Program-made: the position numbers and the translations under genes
Notes under the pieces: generated by a model
Database searches by the model: none
Seen by the model: only the letters and a program-made list of their open reading frames with translations
Told to the model about the DNA's origin: nothing
Shown: positions 47,228-57,205 of the stretch, in pieces
Layout of the letters: each line of letters opens with the position of its first letter
How positions within the stretch are numbered: position 1 is the stretch's first letter
Assembly: GCA_963840035.1 (NCBI GenBank)
Contig: CAWIXE010000001.1
Coordinates: 416,001 to 480,000 of the forward strand
Direction: 5' to 3'
Source: a candidate division FCPU426 bacterium
Lineage (GTDB): Bacteria; Oederibacteriota; PGYV01; Palsa-1178
DNA: 64,000 nt

Positions 47228-48550
47228 ATGAAACGCGCGCTGCTTATTAATCCGTGGGTTTATGACTTTAAATGCCACGACTTTTGGATGAAACCTGTCG
47301 GGCTTTTACGGCTTGCCACTTTCCTTAAGGCCAACGGCTTTGAAGTGGACCTGATTGACTGCATGGACAGGCTTGATGAGACAGTTCCGGAGCAGTTCAG
47401 GAAGTCGGATGAATACGGCCGCGGGGAGTATTATTCTGAAGAGCTAAATAAAACCGGGCCTTACACAAAGGTGCCGAGAAAATATAAGCGTTATGGAATC
47501 ACTCCTGACGCTTTTAAGGAAAAACTCACAAAAATATCCAGCCCTGACATCATATTTACAACCTCCGGGATGACATATAACTATGAGGGCGTTGTGTCGG
47601 CAAACAGAATGATTAAGGAACAATACAACGCGCCTATTATCCTGGGCGGAATATACGCGACGCTTTGCAGGGACCACGCCCAGAAATATTCAAATGCAGA
47701 CATCATATGGCAGGGGGAGATAAACAACAATTTCCTCATGATGTTAAACAAGGTCTGCAGGATACGCATTGATTTAAAACAGGACAAGGACTACCACAAC
47801 CTCGCGCCTGATTACACGCTTTATAAAAACCTGGAATCTGTGGCAGTCAAGTTTACCGGAGGCTGCCCGTACTCATGCACTTACTGCGCCATAAAACAGC
47901 TCTCCCCGTCATTTTACCAGAGGCCGCAGGAGGATGTTTTAAAGGAACTGGATTATTATAAAAGCAGGGGCGTTAAAAATATCGCTTTTTATGACGACGC
48001 GCTGCTATATAAGAATTTTTACATCAAAGCCATATTAAAGGAAGCAATAAAACGGGGTTATGGCTTTAATTTCCATACGCCAAACGGGATGCACGCGGCG
48101 TACATAGACGATGAAACCGCGAAACTGCTGAAGGACTCCGGGTTTAAGGACTTAAGGATATCGCTTGAATCCACGGACTACAACATACAGAAGCTTACAG
48201 GCAGTAAAGTAAACAATACGGTATTTAAGGAAGCCGTTGCCAGGCTGCAAAAGGCAGGATTTACAAATGATGACATAGGGGTTTATACATTAGCAGGACT
48301 TCCCGGCCAGACATATGACTCGGTGATGAAGGATGTGGAGTATATAAAAGCGATGGGGCTTAAAGTAAAGATGGCGAATTACTCGCCCATACCCGGTACA
48401 GTTGATTTCATGAAGATACGTTCTGATTACCGCGCCGAACTTATGAAGGAACCCATGATGCAGAACGAATTTTATTTTTTAATGATAAATCCCGAGTACG
48501 GCTGGGACGCGAATAATAAAATAAAGGCAATTTTGAATTCTAAATTTTAA
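47228..48550 (+). CDS. B12-binding-domain radical SAM protein
   Basis: LLINPW...KPVGL, ILGGIYATL and CPYSCTYC motifs. Confidence 0.9.
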   Translation: MKRALLINPWVYDFKCHDFWMKPVGLLRLATFLKANGFEVDLIDCMDRLDETVPEQFRKSDEYGRGEYYSEELNKTGPYTKVPRKYKRYGITPDAFKEKLTKISSPDIIFTTSGMTYNYEGVVSANRMIKEQYNAPIILGGIYATLCRDHAQKYSNADIIWQGEINNNFLMMLNKVCRIRIDLKQDKDYHNLAPDYTLYKNLESVAVKFTGGCPYSCTYCAIKQLSPSFYQRPQEDVLKELDYYKSRGVKNIAFYDDALLYKNFYIKAILKEAIKRGYGFNFHTPNGMHAAYIDDETAKLLKDSGFKDLRISLESTDYNIQKLTGSKVNNTVFKEAVARLQKAGFTNDDIGVYTLAGLPGQTYDSVMKDVEYIKAMGLKVKMANYSPIPGTVDFMKIRSDYRAELMKEPMMQNEFYFLMINPEYGWDANNKIKAILNSKF

Positions 48551-48696
48551 ATTTTCAATTAAAGGAAAAACCAACCGGTTTATTTTAATTCAAAATTGAA
48601 AATGGAAAATTGAAAATCCGTTTTCCACCCCGTTTGACTTTGTAAGGCTCATAATATATACTGTTATTGTATTTTATATAAGGAGAAAACAACAAA

Positions 48697-50895
48697 ATGA
48701 AGAAAATTATCATGTTTTTACTTATTATTACGGCATTTTACGGGTTTTGTTCCGCGGCCAAGTATGACCCCATGGCTGAAAACCAGTATATGGAGCAGGC
48801 AAACAACATATTCAGCATGGGAAAATACAAGCAGGCGCTGAAGCTTTATGAGACGGCATTTAAAATTAACGCGGACAACATACAGGCTGTAATAGGCCAG
48901 GGAAATTGCCATGAAATGATGGGCGAGCCAAAAGCGTCAAAGGTGGATTATGATCTGGCTAAGTCAATGGACCCTTCGTTTGTAAAACCCGACCTCTCAA
49001 GGTATAAAGCCATGGACAAGGAACGCGCGAAAGGAAAATCCGCGGATGATATCCGCGCCAAATATTATGACCTTTTTCCCGGAATGAAAAAAGGGGTGAC
49101 CACAACCCCGGCGACAGGAGACAGGAACATGGTAAACGCCATGGCAGGCGGGCCTCCGGCGGGGCAGGCAGAAGCATCCGGCTCCACTAAAACATCCGTT
49201 TCCATGGAAGCAACCGGCGCCGCAACAGTGCTGACGGAAAATGACGTAAAAAAAATGACAGTGACGGAAAAAGCAAAACCCGACATGGATAAGCTGACAA
49301 ATGAGGAAGCGCAGCAGTTTATGGACGACAGGCTCTATGATTTCCGCGGCGGCCACGGCAAGATGGAAGCTTTGGGAGGCATGCGCCACATAATACCGGA
49401 CATGACCACATCCATGGACGGCGGCTCTTTCGGGCTGGATACGGCGCTTTTATTCAGGAAGAAAACCCACGTTTTTAACCTTGAGCCTTTTTATGGATTG
49501 TATACAAAGAACACCACATACAATACCCCGGACCCGAAGATTACAAATAACTACAGGACGCAGCTTATCTCGCTCGAAGACTCGGTGGGAGAGCTGAATT
49601 TCCCGAGCCAGTATTTTTTCAACAGGGTCAAGCCGTTTTTGTCCAACTCATTCATGGAAGGCCGGCTGGATAACATGCCCGTCCCGCCTGCGAGTATCCG
49701 TATGGCAAATACCGGAAGCTTCTTCGGCGGCGAATACACCCTCGGATTTAAACCAATATCGCTCATGGGTTTTACAATAGCATCGGGATATGAGTACTCG
49801 CCATATTATCAAGATATAAGCGTTGGTGTCACGCACACCACAACCACAATAACCAACATGCAGTTTTACTGGCGCGCGGGAGTCGGAGTTTACCTCCCTT
49901 ATTTATTCACGAAGAACGACCAGCTCGAGGCGCATATAAATTACGGGGCATACAGGCCCGAGGCGCTTGTGGCTGATTTGCGGAACAACAAGCTGTTCGG
50001 CATGCCGTACAGCCTGATAAACGATTATTCAAAAAAGATAACGGAACACGGCGCGACGCCGTATGATTTCAGCATGAGGTATGAGGACTCCAATAACATG
50101 GAAGCCACGGGCAATAATATAAAGGCAAGCGTGCATTACATGTACGGCAACAACCTGCAGGAAGTGTTTTTCTTTTATGAGATGCCGCACAACATAAAAT
50201 ATAAAGTGAGCAAGACAAGCGACCTGTTTGTGGAGGGTTCGGCTGTCCCGATATCATCCACCGTGGTAGTGCAGGAAGACGCAGGCACTGAAAAGCGCTG
50301 GAACGGAAAAACAGGCTTCAGGTCCAATTTCAGGTACCTGACTATAGGATTAAGATACGAATATGACAGCAGGGAAACTTACATATCGTCGACATATACC
50401 GTTGACTACCAGGCGCCGGCCATTTTTGACCAGCTTGTGCCGCAGGGCGCGCTTTTGAAAGGCCGCGAATATGAGAAAAACACAAGGCTCACGCTTGGCG
50501 TTAATTTAACGCCGGTGGACCTGATAAACCTCCCGTTTGAATATGAGACAAACCAGTATTACATCAATATGGGTGGAAGCATAATGACTTCGGATTCATA
50601 TGTTTTCAGGGGAGGATTGCAGCTAAAACCCACCCCGTTCTTCGCGATAAGGGGCGGTATTTCCTACGAGGTATTCAGGTATGGCGGGACAGGTTTTGGG
50701 GACCCCGGAACTGACAGCAACCCCACAAGGAACATCTTAGGCTACCACTTCGGCGCCGGCATTGACATGCCGCTCTTTGAATTTAACGCCGGCGGAGCCA
50801 TTAAAACCCTCACGCGAAGCCCGCTTCCCGCAGCCCTGTCTTCGGAAACCAATACCTACATGTACGGGTATGTGGATTTTAACATATATATATAA
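48697..50895 (+). CDS. Secreted TPR protein with probable outer-membrane beta-barrel
   Basis: Signal peptide, N-terminal TPRs, amphipathic aromatic beta strands (FFAIRGGISYE), ends YGYVDFNIYI. Confidence 0.6.
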   Translation: MKKIIMFLLIITAFYGFCSAAKYDPMAENQYMEQANNIFSMGKYKQALKLYETAFKINADNIQAVIGQGNCHEMMGEPKASKVDYDLAKSMDPSFVKPDLSRYKAMDKERAKGKSADDIRAKYYDLFPGMKKGVTTTPATGDRNMVNAMAGGPPAGQAEASGSTKTSVSMEATGAATVLTENDVKKMTVTEKAKPDMDKLTNEEAQQFMDDRLYDFRGGHGKMEALGGMRHIIPDMTTSMDGGSFGLDTALLFRKKTHVFNLEPFYGLYTKNTTYNTPDPKITNNYRTQLISLEDSVGELNFPSQYFFNRVKPFLSNSFMEGRLDNMPVPPASIRMANTGSFFGGEYTLGFKPISLMGFTIASGYEYSPYYQDISVGVTHTTTTITNMQFYWRAGVGVYLPYLFTKNDQLEAHINYGAYRPEALVADLRNNKLFGMPYSLINDYSKKITEHGATPYDFSMRYEDSNNMEATGNNIKASVHYMYGNNLQEVFFFYEMPHNIKYKVSKTSDLFVEGSAVPISSTVVVQEDAGTEKRWNGKTGFRSNFRYLTIGLRYEYDSRETYISSTYTVDYQAPAIFDQLVPQGALLKGREYEKNTRLTLGVNLTPVDLINLPFEYETNQYYINMGGSIMTSDSYVFRGGLQLKPTPFFAIRGGISYEVFRYGGTGFGDPGTDSNPTRNILGYHFGAGIDMPLFEFNAGGAIKTLTRSPLPAALSSETNTYMYGYVDFNIYI

Positions 50896-50964
50896 TAACA
50901 ATTGTTGATTCATTTTACCGCAACATCAATCAGGATTTTTATAGGTTATGTTTAATTTTTAAGG

Positions 50965-51079
50965 TGTCATTGCGAGGAGGCGGTTTAGTATTATGCCGAC
51001 GAAGCAATCTTGTTGCCTTGTCGGTTTAAAACGAGATTGCTTCGTCGCCGCAAGACAAATGCGGCTCCTCGCAATGACA
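50965..51079. repeat. 115-bp TGTC-tagged palindromic element, copy 3
   Basis: Same stems and orientation as copy 2. Confidence 0.9.
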
Positions 51080-51217
51080 GCATTTGAACGCTTCTTCTTA
51101 ACAGCGCATCCAATCGTCAATTGTCAATTAATTATTGTATTATAAGCCAAAATCTTATATAATTTACCCCAATATACACTTATTTCCGTTATGACTATAA
51201 TAAGGAGAGGTGCGCGC

Positions 51218-52540
51218 ATGTCTAATTACAACCAGTTTTTTATCCGTATGCAGGACGGGACCATAAAACAGATAAACCCTTTTACGGGGACTGAAGTATG
51301 GACGGTTCCGGGCAGGGCAAGCAAGCCTATCGTTAATGCCGTTCCTGATACTGCTAAAAAGCTTGAAGTAAAAAAGAAGGACGATTATTGTAATTTCTGC
51401 GAAACAAAATACCAGAACACTCCCCCTGAAAAGGAAAGGCTTGTTAAAGTCGCCGGCAAATACGTATCCATGAAGGACTTAAAGCCCGGGATTTTAAGCC
51501 AGACTTACGCGGAATTCCGCAGGGTGCCGAACTTATTTGAAATAGTCACGATGGAATACTGGAAGAAAAATTTCGGGTACCAGTTTCCCGAGGAAATACG
51601 CAAGAGAAAAGAGGAATACCTGGCTGACAAGGCGGGATATGAGCATGTCATGCATATCGTGGACATGAAATTAAAACTTCTCGGAAAAGATCCTACAAAG
51701 ATAGCTGAGCAGGACAAGATAGACATAGCTGACGCGTTTTTTGCCGGCGGCCATGAGCTTATCGTTGGCGGAAGGCACTTTATTGACAACGCCGAGTTTG
51801 ACACGCAGTTGTGCAACTCAGGCGAACTTACCCCTGACGAGCACTTTCACTACCTGAAATTCACCATAAAGGGAATGAAGGACATATACGATAATAACAA
51901 GCACGTGCGCTATGTTTCGGTCTTCCAGAACTGGCTGAAACCGGCGGGCGCGTCCTTTGACCACCTGCACAAGCAGCTCGTGGCCATAGACGAGTGGGGC
52001 GTGTCCATAGAGCGCGAGATTAATTTAATCAGGAAAAATCCGAACATATACAACGAGATGGGCGCGAACCTTGCCATGTATTTTAACCTGGTAGTCGCGG
52101 AAAATGAGCACGCCATTGCCTTCTCGGACATAGGGCACAGGTACCCGACCATATGCGTCTTCTCAAAAAGCGAGGCGGTATTTCCCTATGAAATGACGGA
52201 TAAAGAGCTGCGCGGATTCTCGGATATGACTCATGCCATGCACCACGCGCTTACCTCACAGATAGCCACAAACGAGGAATGGTATTACACGCCGAAGGAT
52301 TCCATAGACGCCATGCCGCTTCACATACTGATAAAGCTGCGCGTTAATACGCCGGCGGGTTTTGAAGGCGGGACAAAAGTTTACATAAACCCCATGAACC
52401 CATATGAGCTTCGCGACAAGCTTATCACAAGGCTTTTAGACGCGAAGAAGGATGATAAGATTGCAAAGATGAGCATAGGCGAAGAGTGCAACACGCAGCC
52501 GAACTCGCTGTCGTATTATAAGAAGTATTATAAGGCTTAA
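51218..52540 (+). CDS. DUF4921 family (GalT/HIT-like) protein
   Basis: DGTIKQINPFTGTEVWTVPGR, FQNWLKPAGASFDHLHKQL (HxHxQ) and AGFEGGT motifs. Confidence 0.8.
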   Translation: MSNYNQFFIRMQDGTIKQINPFTGTEVWTVPGRASKPIVNAVPDTAKKLEVKKKDDYCNFCETKYQNTPPEKERLVKVAGKYVSMKDLKPGILSQTYAEFRRVPNLFEIVTMEYWKKNFGYQFPEEIRKRKEEYLADKAGYEHVMHIVDMKLKLLGKDPTKIAEQDKIDIADAFFAGGHELIVGGRHFIDNAEFDTQLCNSGELTPDEHFHYLKFTIKGMKDIYDNNKHVRYVSVFQNWLKPAGASFDHLHKQLVAIDEWGVSIEREINLIRKNPNIYNEMGANLAMYFNLVVAENEHAIAFSDIGHRYPTICVFSKSEAVFPYEMTDKELRGFSDMTHAMHHALTSQIATNEEWYYTPKDSIDAMPLHILIKLRVNTPAGFEGGTKVYINPMNPYELRDKLITRLLDAKKDDKIAKMSIGEECNTQPNSLSYYKKYYKA

Positions 52541-52586
52541 TTTTACATTTTCAATTTTGAATTTTAAATTAAAACAGGAGAAACAA

Positions 52587-53567
52587 ATGAAAAAATTTAT
52601 TGTATTGTTCGCTTCGTGCGTTATGGTTGTTTTGTTGACCGGCGCGGGGTGTGAGACTACGGGGACTTATGTAAAGGACGACGGGGGGATATCATCCTCT
52701 TCAATCACCACCCAGGACATAGCAAAAGCCGAGAATCCTAAAAAGGACGATGCTTCCGCGGATAAGACCGGCGGAAACGAGGCGGGGATGCCTGAGGACA
52801 GCGGGGAAAGCGTTAAAAAACTTGATAGCGACACTGTCGCCATAATCGGCGCTTACGTGCTTACAAAACAAAGGTATAAGGTCATCACAGATTACATGAA
52901 CCAGCGTTTTGACTATAAGTTAAACAGCGAGCAGGAAAAGGAATTCATACAGTTCATAGTCAACAAGAAACTCATGGCCATGGAAGCGCGCAAGCAGGGT
53001 TACGCTGAGAGGCCGGACCTTAAGACAAAATATGACTGGGATTTTGACGACATCCTCTCGCACGTGTACTTTGCCGAGAATGTGGAAAATAAGGCGAAGG
53101 TAACTGAAAAAGAAGCCAGGGAATACTATGACAAGCATACCGGCGATTTCGTGGAGATAAAGGCGCAGCACATACTCGTTAAGAATAAAACCCTCGCGGA
53201 TTCCCTTGAAAAAAGGATACGCTCAGGGGAGGATTTCAGCGAGATAGCCAGGAAATATTCCGACGACGCCACCACCAAGGAAAAAGGCGGGGACCTCGGG
53301 TTCTTTACAAAAGGGCTGATGGTGGAGGAGTTTGAGGCGGCCGCTTACGCGCTCTCAGACGGGGAAGTGTCACAGCCTGTCAAAACGGTTTACGGATACC
53401 ACATCATAAAGGTAAACGAGAGAAAGAAATACTCATACGACGAATCCAAAGACAAGATACTCAAGATGATACAGGAAAAGAAACAGCAGGGCGTATTTGA
53501 CGCCGAGATGAACAGCTTAAAGAAAAAGTATAAGGTCATCATAAACCAGGATGTTTTAAATAAATGA
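52587..53567 (+). CDS. Parvulin (PpiC-type) peptidyl-prolyl isomerase lipoprotein
   Basis: Lipobox GAGC; AQHILV, GGDLGFF and PVKTVYGYHIIK motifs. Confidence 0.92.
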   Translation: MKKFIVLFASCVMVVLLTGAGCETTGTYVKDDGGISSSSITTQDIAKAENPKKDDASADKTGGNEAGMPEDSGESVKKLDSDTVAIIGAYVLTKQRYKVITDYMNQRFDYKLNSEQEKEFIQFIVNKKLMAMEARKQGYAERPDLKTKYDWDFDDILSHVYFAENVENKAKVTEKEAREYYDKHTGDFVEIKAQHILVKNKTLADSLEKRIRSGEDFSEIARKYSDDATTKEKGGDLGFFTKGLMVEEFEAAAYALSDGEVSQPVKTVYGYHIIKVNERKKYSYDESKDKILKMIQEKKQQGVFDAEMNSLKKKYKVIINQDVLNK

Positions 53568-55921
53568 AAAACAAATTACAAATTACTAATTACAAATTAC
53601 TAATAACGGCGCTGGTGGTTATTTCTGTTTTTGTGTTCATGGCGGGTTGCGTGCCTGCAAAGCTGATAAAGAGCTCGGACTCCGCCATCAGGGACAAGCT
53701 TACATCCGTGTCTGACACAGAGTATGAGCAGTGGAAAATACTTTTAAAGGAAGGAAAGGACTCGGGAGAGCGCTCTAAGGCGGCTTTCTGGTGCGGGCAG
53801 TATAACTATAACAAAAAGAATTATCCGGAAGCCCTTAAATATTTTAATTACAACGAAAAATATTACGCCGACGTGGACTGGGGCTACCTTTCCATGCTGC
53901 GTACCTTTGACCTGCTTATGGATACCGGGAAAAAAGAGCCGGCCATGGAAAAAATGAAGCTCCTCCTGGAAAAACGCCATCAGTTCTCGCAGTTTGAGGA
54001 CGTGGCCGCAAAAAGGCTTGAGGAAATAATCTCGGCCGCGGGCAGGGAAGAGTTAAAAACCCTTTACGCGAAACATTACCATAAGATGGTGGACGAATAC
54101 ATCCTTTACAACCTCTGCCTTCTTGACCTTAAGGAAGGGAATTATGACGAGTTTTACGTCCACTCGAACGCTTTCCTCATAGATTTCCGCGACTCGGCTT
54201 TTTACGCGGACATAACCGCGAAGTATAAGGAGTCGGTCAAATACAAGCCGGTTAACAATAAAAAACTTGCCGTAGTCATACCTCTTACCGGAAAATCCAT
54301 GGATATAGGCAGCCTGGTAAAAACCGGGCTTGAAATGGCGGCCGTGGAATTTAACGAAGGCAAGCTACCTGAGGCAAAGGTGGGCTTCATATATATTGAC
54401 GAAGAGGACCCGAAGCTTGAGCAGGCCGTGATAAAGGCCATAGAAACCGACGGCGTAATAGCTGTAATAGGGCCGCTGTATTCAAAGACTGTAAAGACCC
54501 TTATCCCTGTTATGGAGCGTTATAATACCGTGCTGTTTTCATCCACGGCCGCGCAGCCGGACCTTGTGGGCAAAAGCCAGTATTTTTTCAGGAACTGCGC
54601 CACGGCCAAGGGCCAGGCATATGCCACCGCAAAATATTTAATAGACGACACGCAGTTCAGGAAATTGGCGTGCATATATTCTGACAACGCCTATGGAAAG
54701 ACCTTAAACGATTATTTCACTCAGAGGTTCACGGCCTCAGGCGGCGAGATAATCCGGCAGGCCGCGTATGACCCCAAGGCCAATGACTTCCAGGACCAGA
54801 TGGTGCTCTTAGGCGGCGTCAATACTATGCTGCTTAAGGAAAAACGCTCCGATGAAAAAATGAAGCTCGACGGCCTGATGGAAGACGCGGCAAAGGGAAT
54901 GATGCAGAAGGTATTTGATTACCTGAATATAACCCCGCCGGATGAAAATGCCGTGCCGAAACCCACCCCTGACCCGAATATGCAGAAGGTATCAATCGCG
55001 GTGCTTCACATAGCGCCCATAGGCGACGACATAAAAAGATACCAGCTGGATGACGACATGACCAAAAAAATCTCATATACCATGGCAAAGTCGAGCGTGC
55101 TCAACATTACAAAGCAGAGCGTGTGCGACGGGGCCATGGATTCCATCGGCGTGGGCGCCGAGGACCTTGACAGGGAGCTTGCCTTAAATGTGGCGTCGAA
55201 ACTCGGCTCAGAGATACTCATCTGGGGAAAGATAGTGGAGGCAAAGACAGAGACAAACACGGCGAACTTCCTGCCGGCGGTGGAAGTGGATAAAAAAGGA
55301 AACACAAATGTTGTTTATAATTTCTCCGACGATGATTATTTCACTTACACAATAAAATTATACGCCATCGCGGTGGCTGACGAGGCCGTCATTGACGAGT
55401 TCGATGTAAAGTTTAAAAAGGTGAAGGAACCGAAGAAGAACCCCATCACCCTTGACGCCTTATACATACCCGCCACTGACAGAAAAATGGTGCTGATAAA
55501 GGACCAGTTGCGCTTCTATGATTTTGACATACCGGTTTTTGGAAGCTCGGCGCTTAACAGCCAGTACATCACGGGATTTAAGGATTCCATGGAAGGCGTC
55601 ATATATCCGGTGGAATTCTACCCCGAAGACCAGGACGCTGCAGTTCAGGATTTTGTCAAAAAGTACAGGGACAAGTACGCCATATTGCCTGACGCCATCA
55701 CGGCAGCTTCATACGACGTGATGAAAATAATAGGCACGCTTCTTGAAAGGGACATAACCTCAAGGGAAAATTTCAAGACAGTGCTTTCTTCAGTGCGCAA
55801 TTACCAGGGCGCCACAGGGCTATTCTCCTTTGACAGCCAGGGCGATTCCATAAAGGAATATTACATGATGAAGGTTGAAAAGGACGGAATAAAATATTTA
55901 AAAGACGTAACGGGGGAATAG
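53564..55921 (+). CDS. LpoA-like lipoprotein: TPR + type I periplasmic-binding domain with internal insertion
   Basis: Lipobox MAGC, TPR helices, LAVVIPLTG, VIGPLYS and YQGATGLFSFDSQGD motifs. Confidence 0.7.
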   Translation: MKNKLQITNYKLLITALVVISVFVFMAGCVPAKLIKSSDSAIRDKLTSVSDTEYEQWKILLKEGKDSGERSKAAFWCGQYNYNKKNYPEALKYFNYNEKYYADVDWGYLSMLRTFDLLMDTGKKEPAMEKMKLLLEKRHQFSQFEDVAAKRLEEIISAAGREELKTLYAKHYHKMVDEYILYNLCLLDLKEGNYDEFYVHSNAFLIDFRDSAFYADITAKYKESVKYKPVNNKKLAVVIPLTGKSMDIGSLVKTGLEMAAVEFNEGKLPEAKVGFIYIDEEDPKLEQAVIKAIETDGVIAVIGPLYSKTVKTLIPVMERYNTVLFSSTAAQPDLVGKSQYFFRNCATAKGQAYATAKYLIDDTQFRKLACIYSDNAYGKTLNDYFTQRFTASGGEIIRQAAYDPKANDFQDQMVLLGGVNTMLLKEKRSDEKMKLDGLMEDAAKGMMQKVFDYLNITPPDENAVPKPTPDPNMQKVSIAVLHIAPIGDDIKRYQLDDDMTKKISYTMAKSSVLNITKQSVCDGAMDSIGVGAEDLDRELALNVASKLGSEILIWGKIVEAKTETNTANFLPAVEVDKKGNTNVVYNFSDDDYFTYTIKLYAIAVADEAVIDEFDVKFKKVKEPKKNPITLDALYIPATDRKMVLIKDQLRFYDFDIPVFGSSALNSQYITGFKDSMEGVIYPVEFYPEDQDAAVQDFVKKYRDKYAILPDAITAASYDVMKIIGTLLERDITSRENFKTVLSSVRNYQGATGLFSFDSQGDSIKEYYMMKVEKDGIKYLKDVTGE

Positions 55922-55922
55922 G

Positions 55923-57161
55923 ATGAAGTATCAGCGTCTGCGCGGGGTAAAGGACGTAACGCCGCAGGAAAGCCCGGTATGGGAACACATATCCGCCGCG
56001 GCGTCGGCGGTTTTTAAGCTGTATGACTACCAGCTGATGATAACTCCCACCATAGAAGAGATAGGGCTTTTTGCCAGGGGGCTTGGCGAGGGTTCCGACA
56101 TAGTCATGAAGGAAATGTACGACTTTAAGGATAAAAAAGGCAGGCATATAGTTTTAAGGCCTGAAGGCACCGCGTCAATAGTCCGCGCTTATATAGAAAA
56201 CAACCTGCCCCCGCGTTCAAATATTTTTTACACAGGCCAGATGTTCCGCTACGAGAGGCCGCAGGCGGGCCGTTACAGGGAATTTTACCAGATAGGCGCC
56301 GAGTCTTTCGGAGACCCCACGCCGTACAAAGACGCGGAAGTAATACGCCTGGCAGCGGACCTGATAAAAGCCATTGGTGTAACAGGAAGCGTGCTGCACA
56401 TAAATTGCCTCGCCGCAGAAGACGGATATAATGAGAAATTGAAGGCATTCATAGAATCAAAAAAATCCCAACTATGCGAGGACTGCGTGCATAAACTTGA
56501 GCGCGCGCCAATCAGGGTGCTGGACTGCAAAAAGGAAGAATGCAAGAAAGCGGTCGCTGACGCGCCTCTTATAACGCAAAATTTAAAACCCGAGGCAGCG
56601 GCGCATTACGCGCTTGTAAAAGAACTTTTAACAGCCGCCGGAGTGAACTTTGTTGAGAACCCTTCCATGGTCAGGGGGCTTGATTATTACACAGGCACGG
56701 TCTTTGAATTCATAACTGATAAGCTGGGGCCGCAGCAAAACACCATACTTGCCGGCGGCAGGTATGATAATTTAGTCGAAGAGTTCGGCGGAAAAAAGAC
56801 GCCGGCCACAGGCTTTGCCTTAGGCATAGAGCGCATGGCAGAGGTGCTAAAAGCCGAAGGCAAAGACACGGCAGGCGCAGGGCTCGACGCGTTTATCGTG
56901 GCTGACAAGGCTTACATAAAAGAAGGCTTTGTTCTGCTTAATAAGTTAAGGCAGGCGGGAGTAAAGGCGGCAATGGGTTTTGAAGACCGCAGTTTCAAGT
57001 CGCAGTTCCGCGAGGCTGAGTCAAAAAAATCAAAATACGCCATAGTCATAGGCGAGAATGAAATTAAGTCGGGCAGGTACGCTGTAAAGAACATGGCAAA
57101 CGGCGAGCAAAAGGACGTTATACAGGAAGAACTCATAGCACTATTTAGTAAGAATCTGTAG
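55923..57161 (+). CDS. hisS: Histidyl-tRNA synthetase
   Basis: LRPEGTAS, FRYERPQAGRYREFYQ, VRGLDYY and GGRYD motifs. Confidence 0.98.
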   Translation: MKYQRLRGVKDVTPQESPVWEHISAAASAVFKLYDYQLMITPTIEEIGLFARGLGEGSDIVMKEMYDFKDKKGRHIVLRPEGTASIVRAYIENNLPPRSNIFYTGQMFRYERPQAGRYREFYQIGAESFGDPTPYKDAEVIRLAADLIKAIGVTGSVLHINCLAAEDGYNEKLKAFIESKKSQLCEDCVHKLERAPIRVLDCKKEECKKAVADAPLITQNLKPEAAAHYALVKELLTAAGVNFVENPSMVRGLDYYTGTVFEFITDKLGPQQNTILAGGRYDNLVEEFGGKKTPATGFALGIERMAEVLKAEGKDTAGAGLDAFIVADKAYIKEGFVLLNKLRQAGVKAAMGFEDRSFKSQFREAESKKSKYAIVIGENEIKSGRYAVKNMANGEQKDVIQEELIALFSKNL

Positions 57162-57205
57162 AGAGGCGGCAAGCCCCCTCTCTACAATTATTTATGTGAG
57201 GTATT

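Noticed and set aside
36136..48550. AmmeMemoRadiSam system formed by amrA and the radical SAM gene
   Set aside because: The radical SAM protein is B12-binding type, lies more than 10 kb away, and no Memo (AmrB) gene is present.
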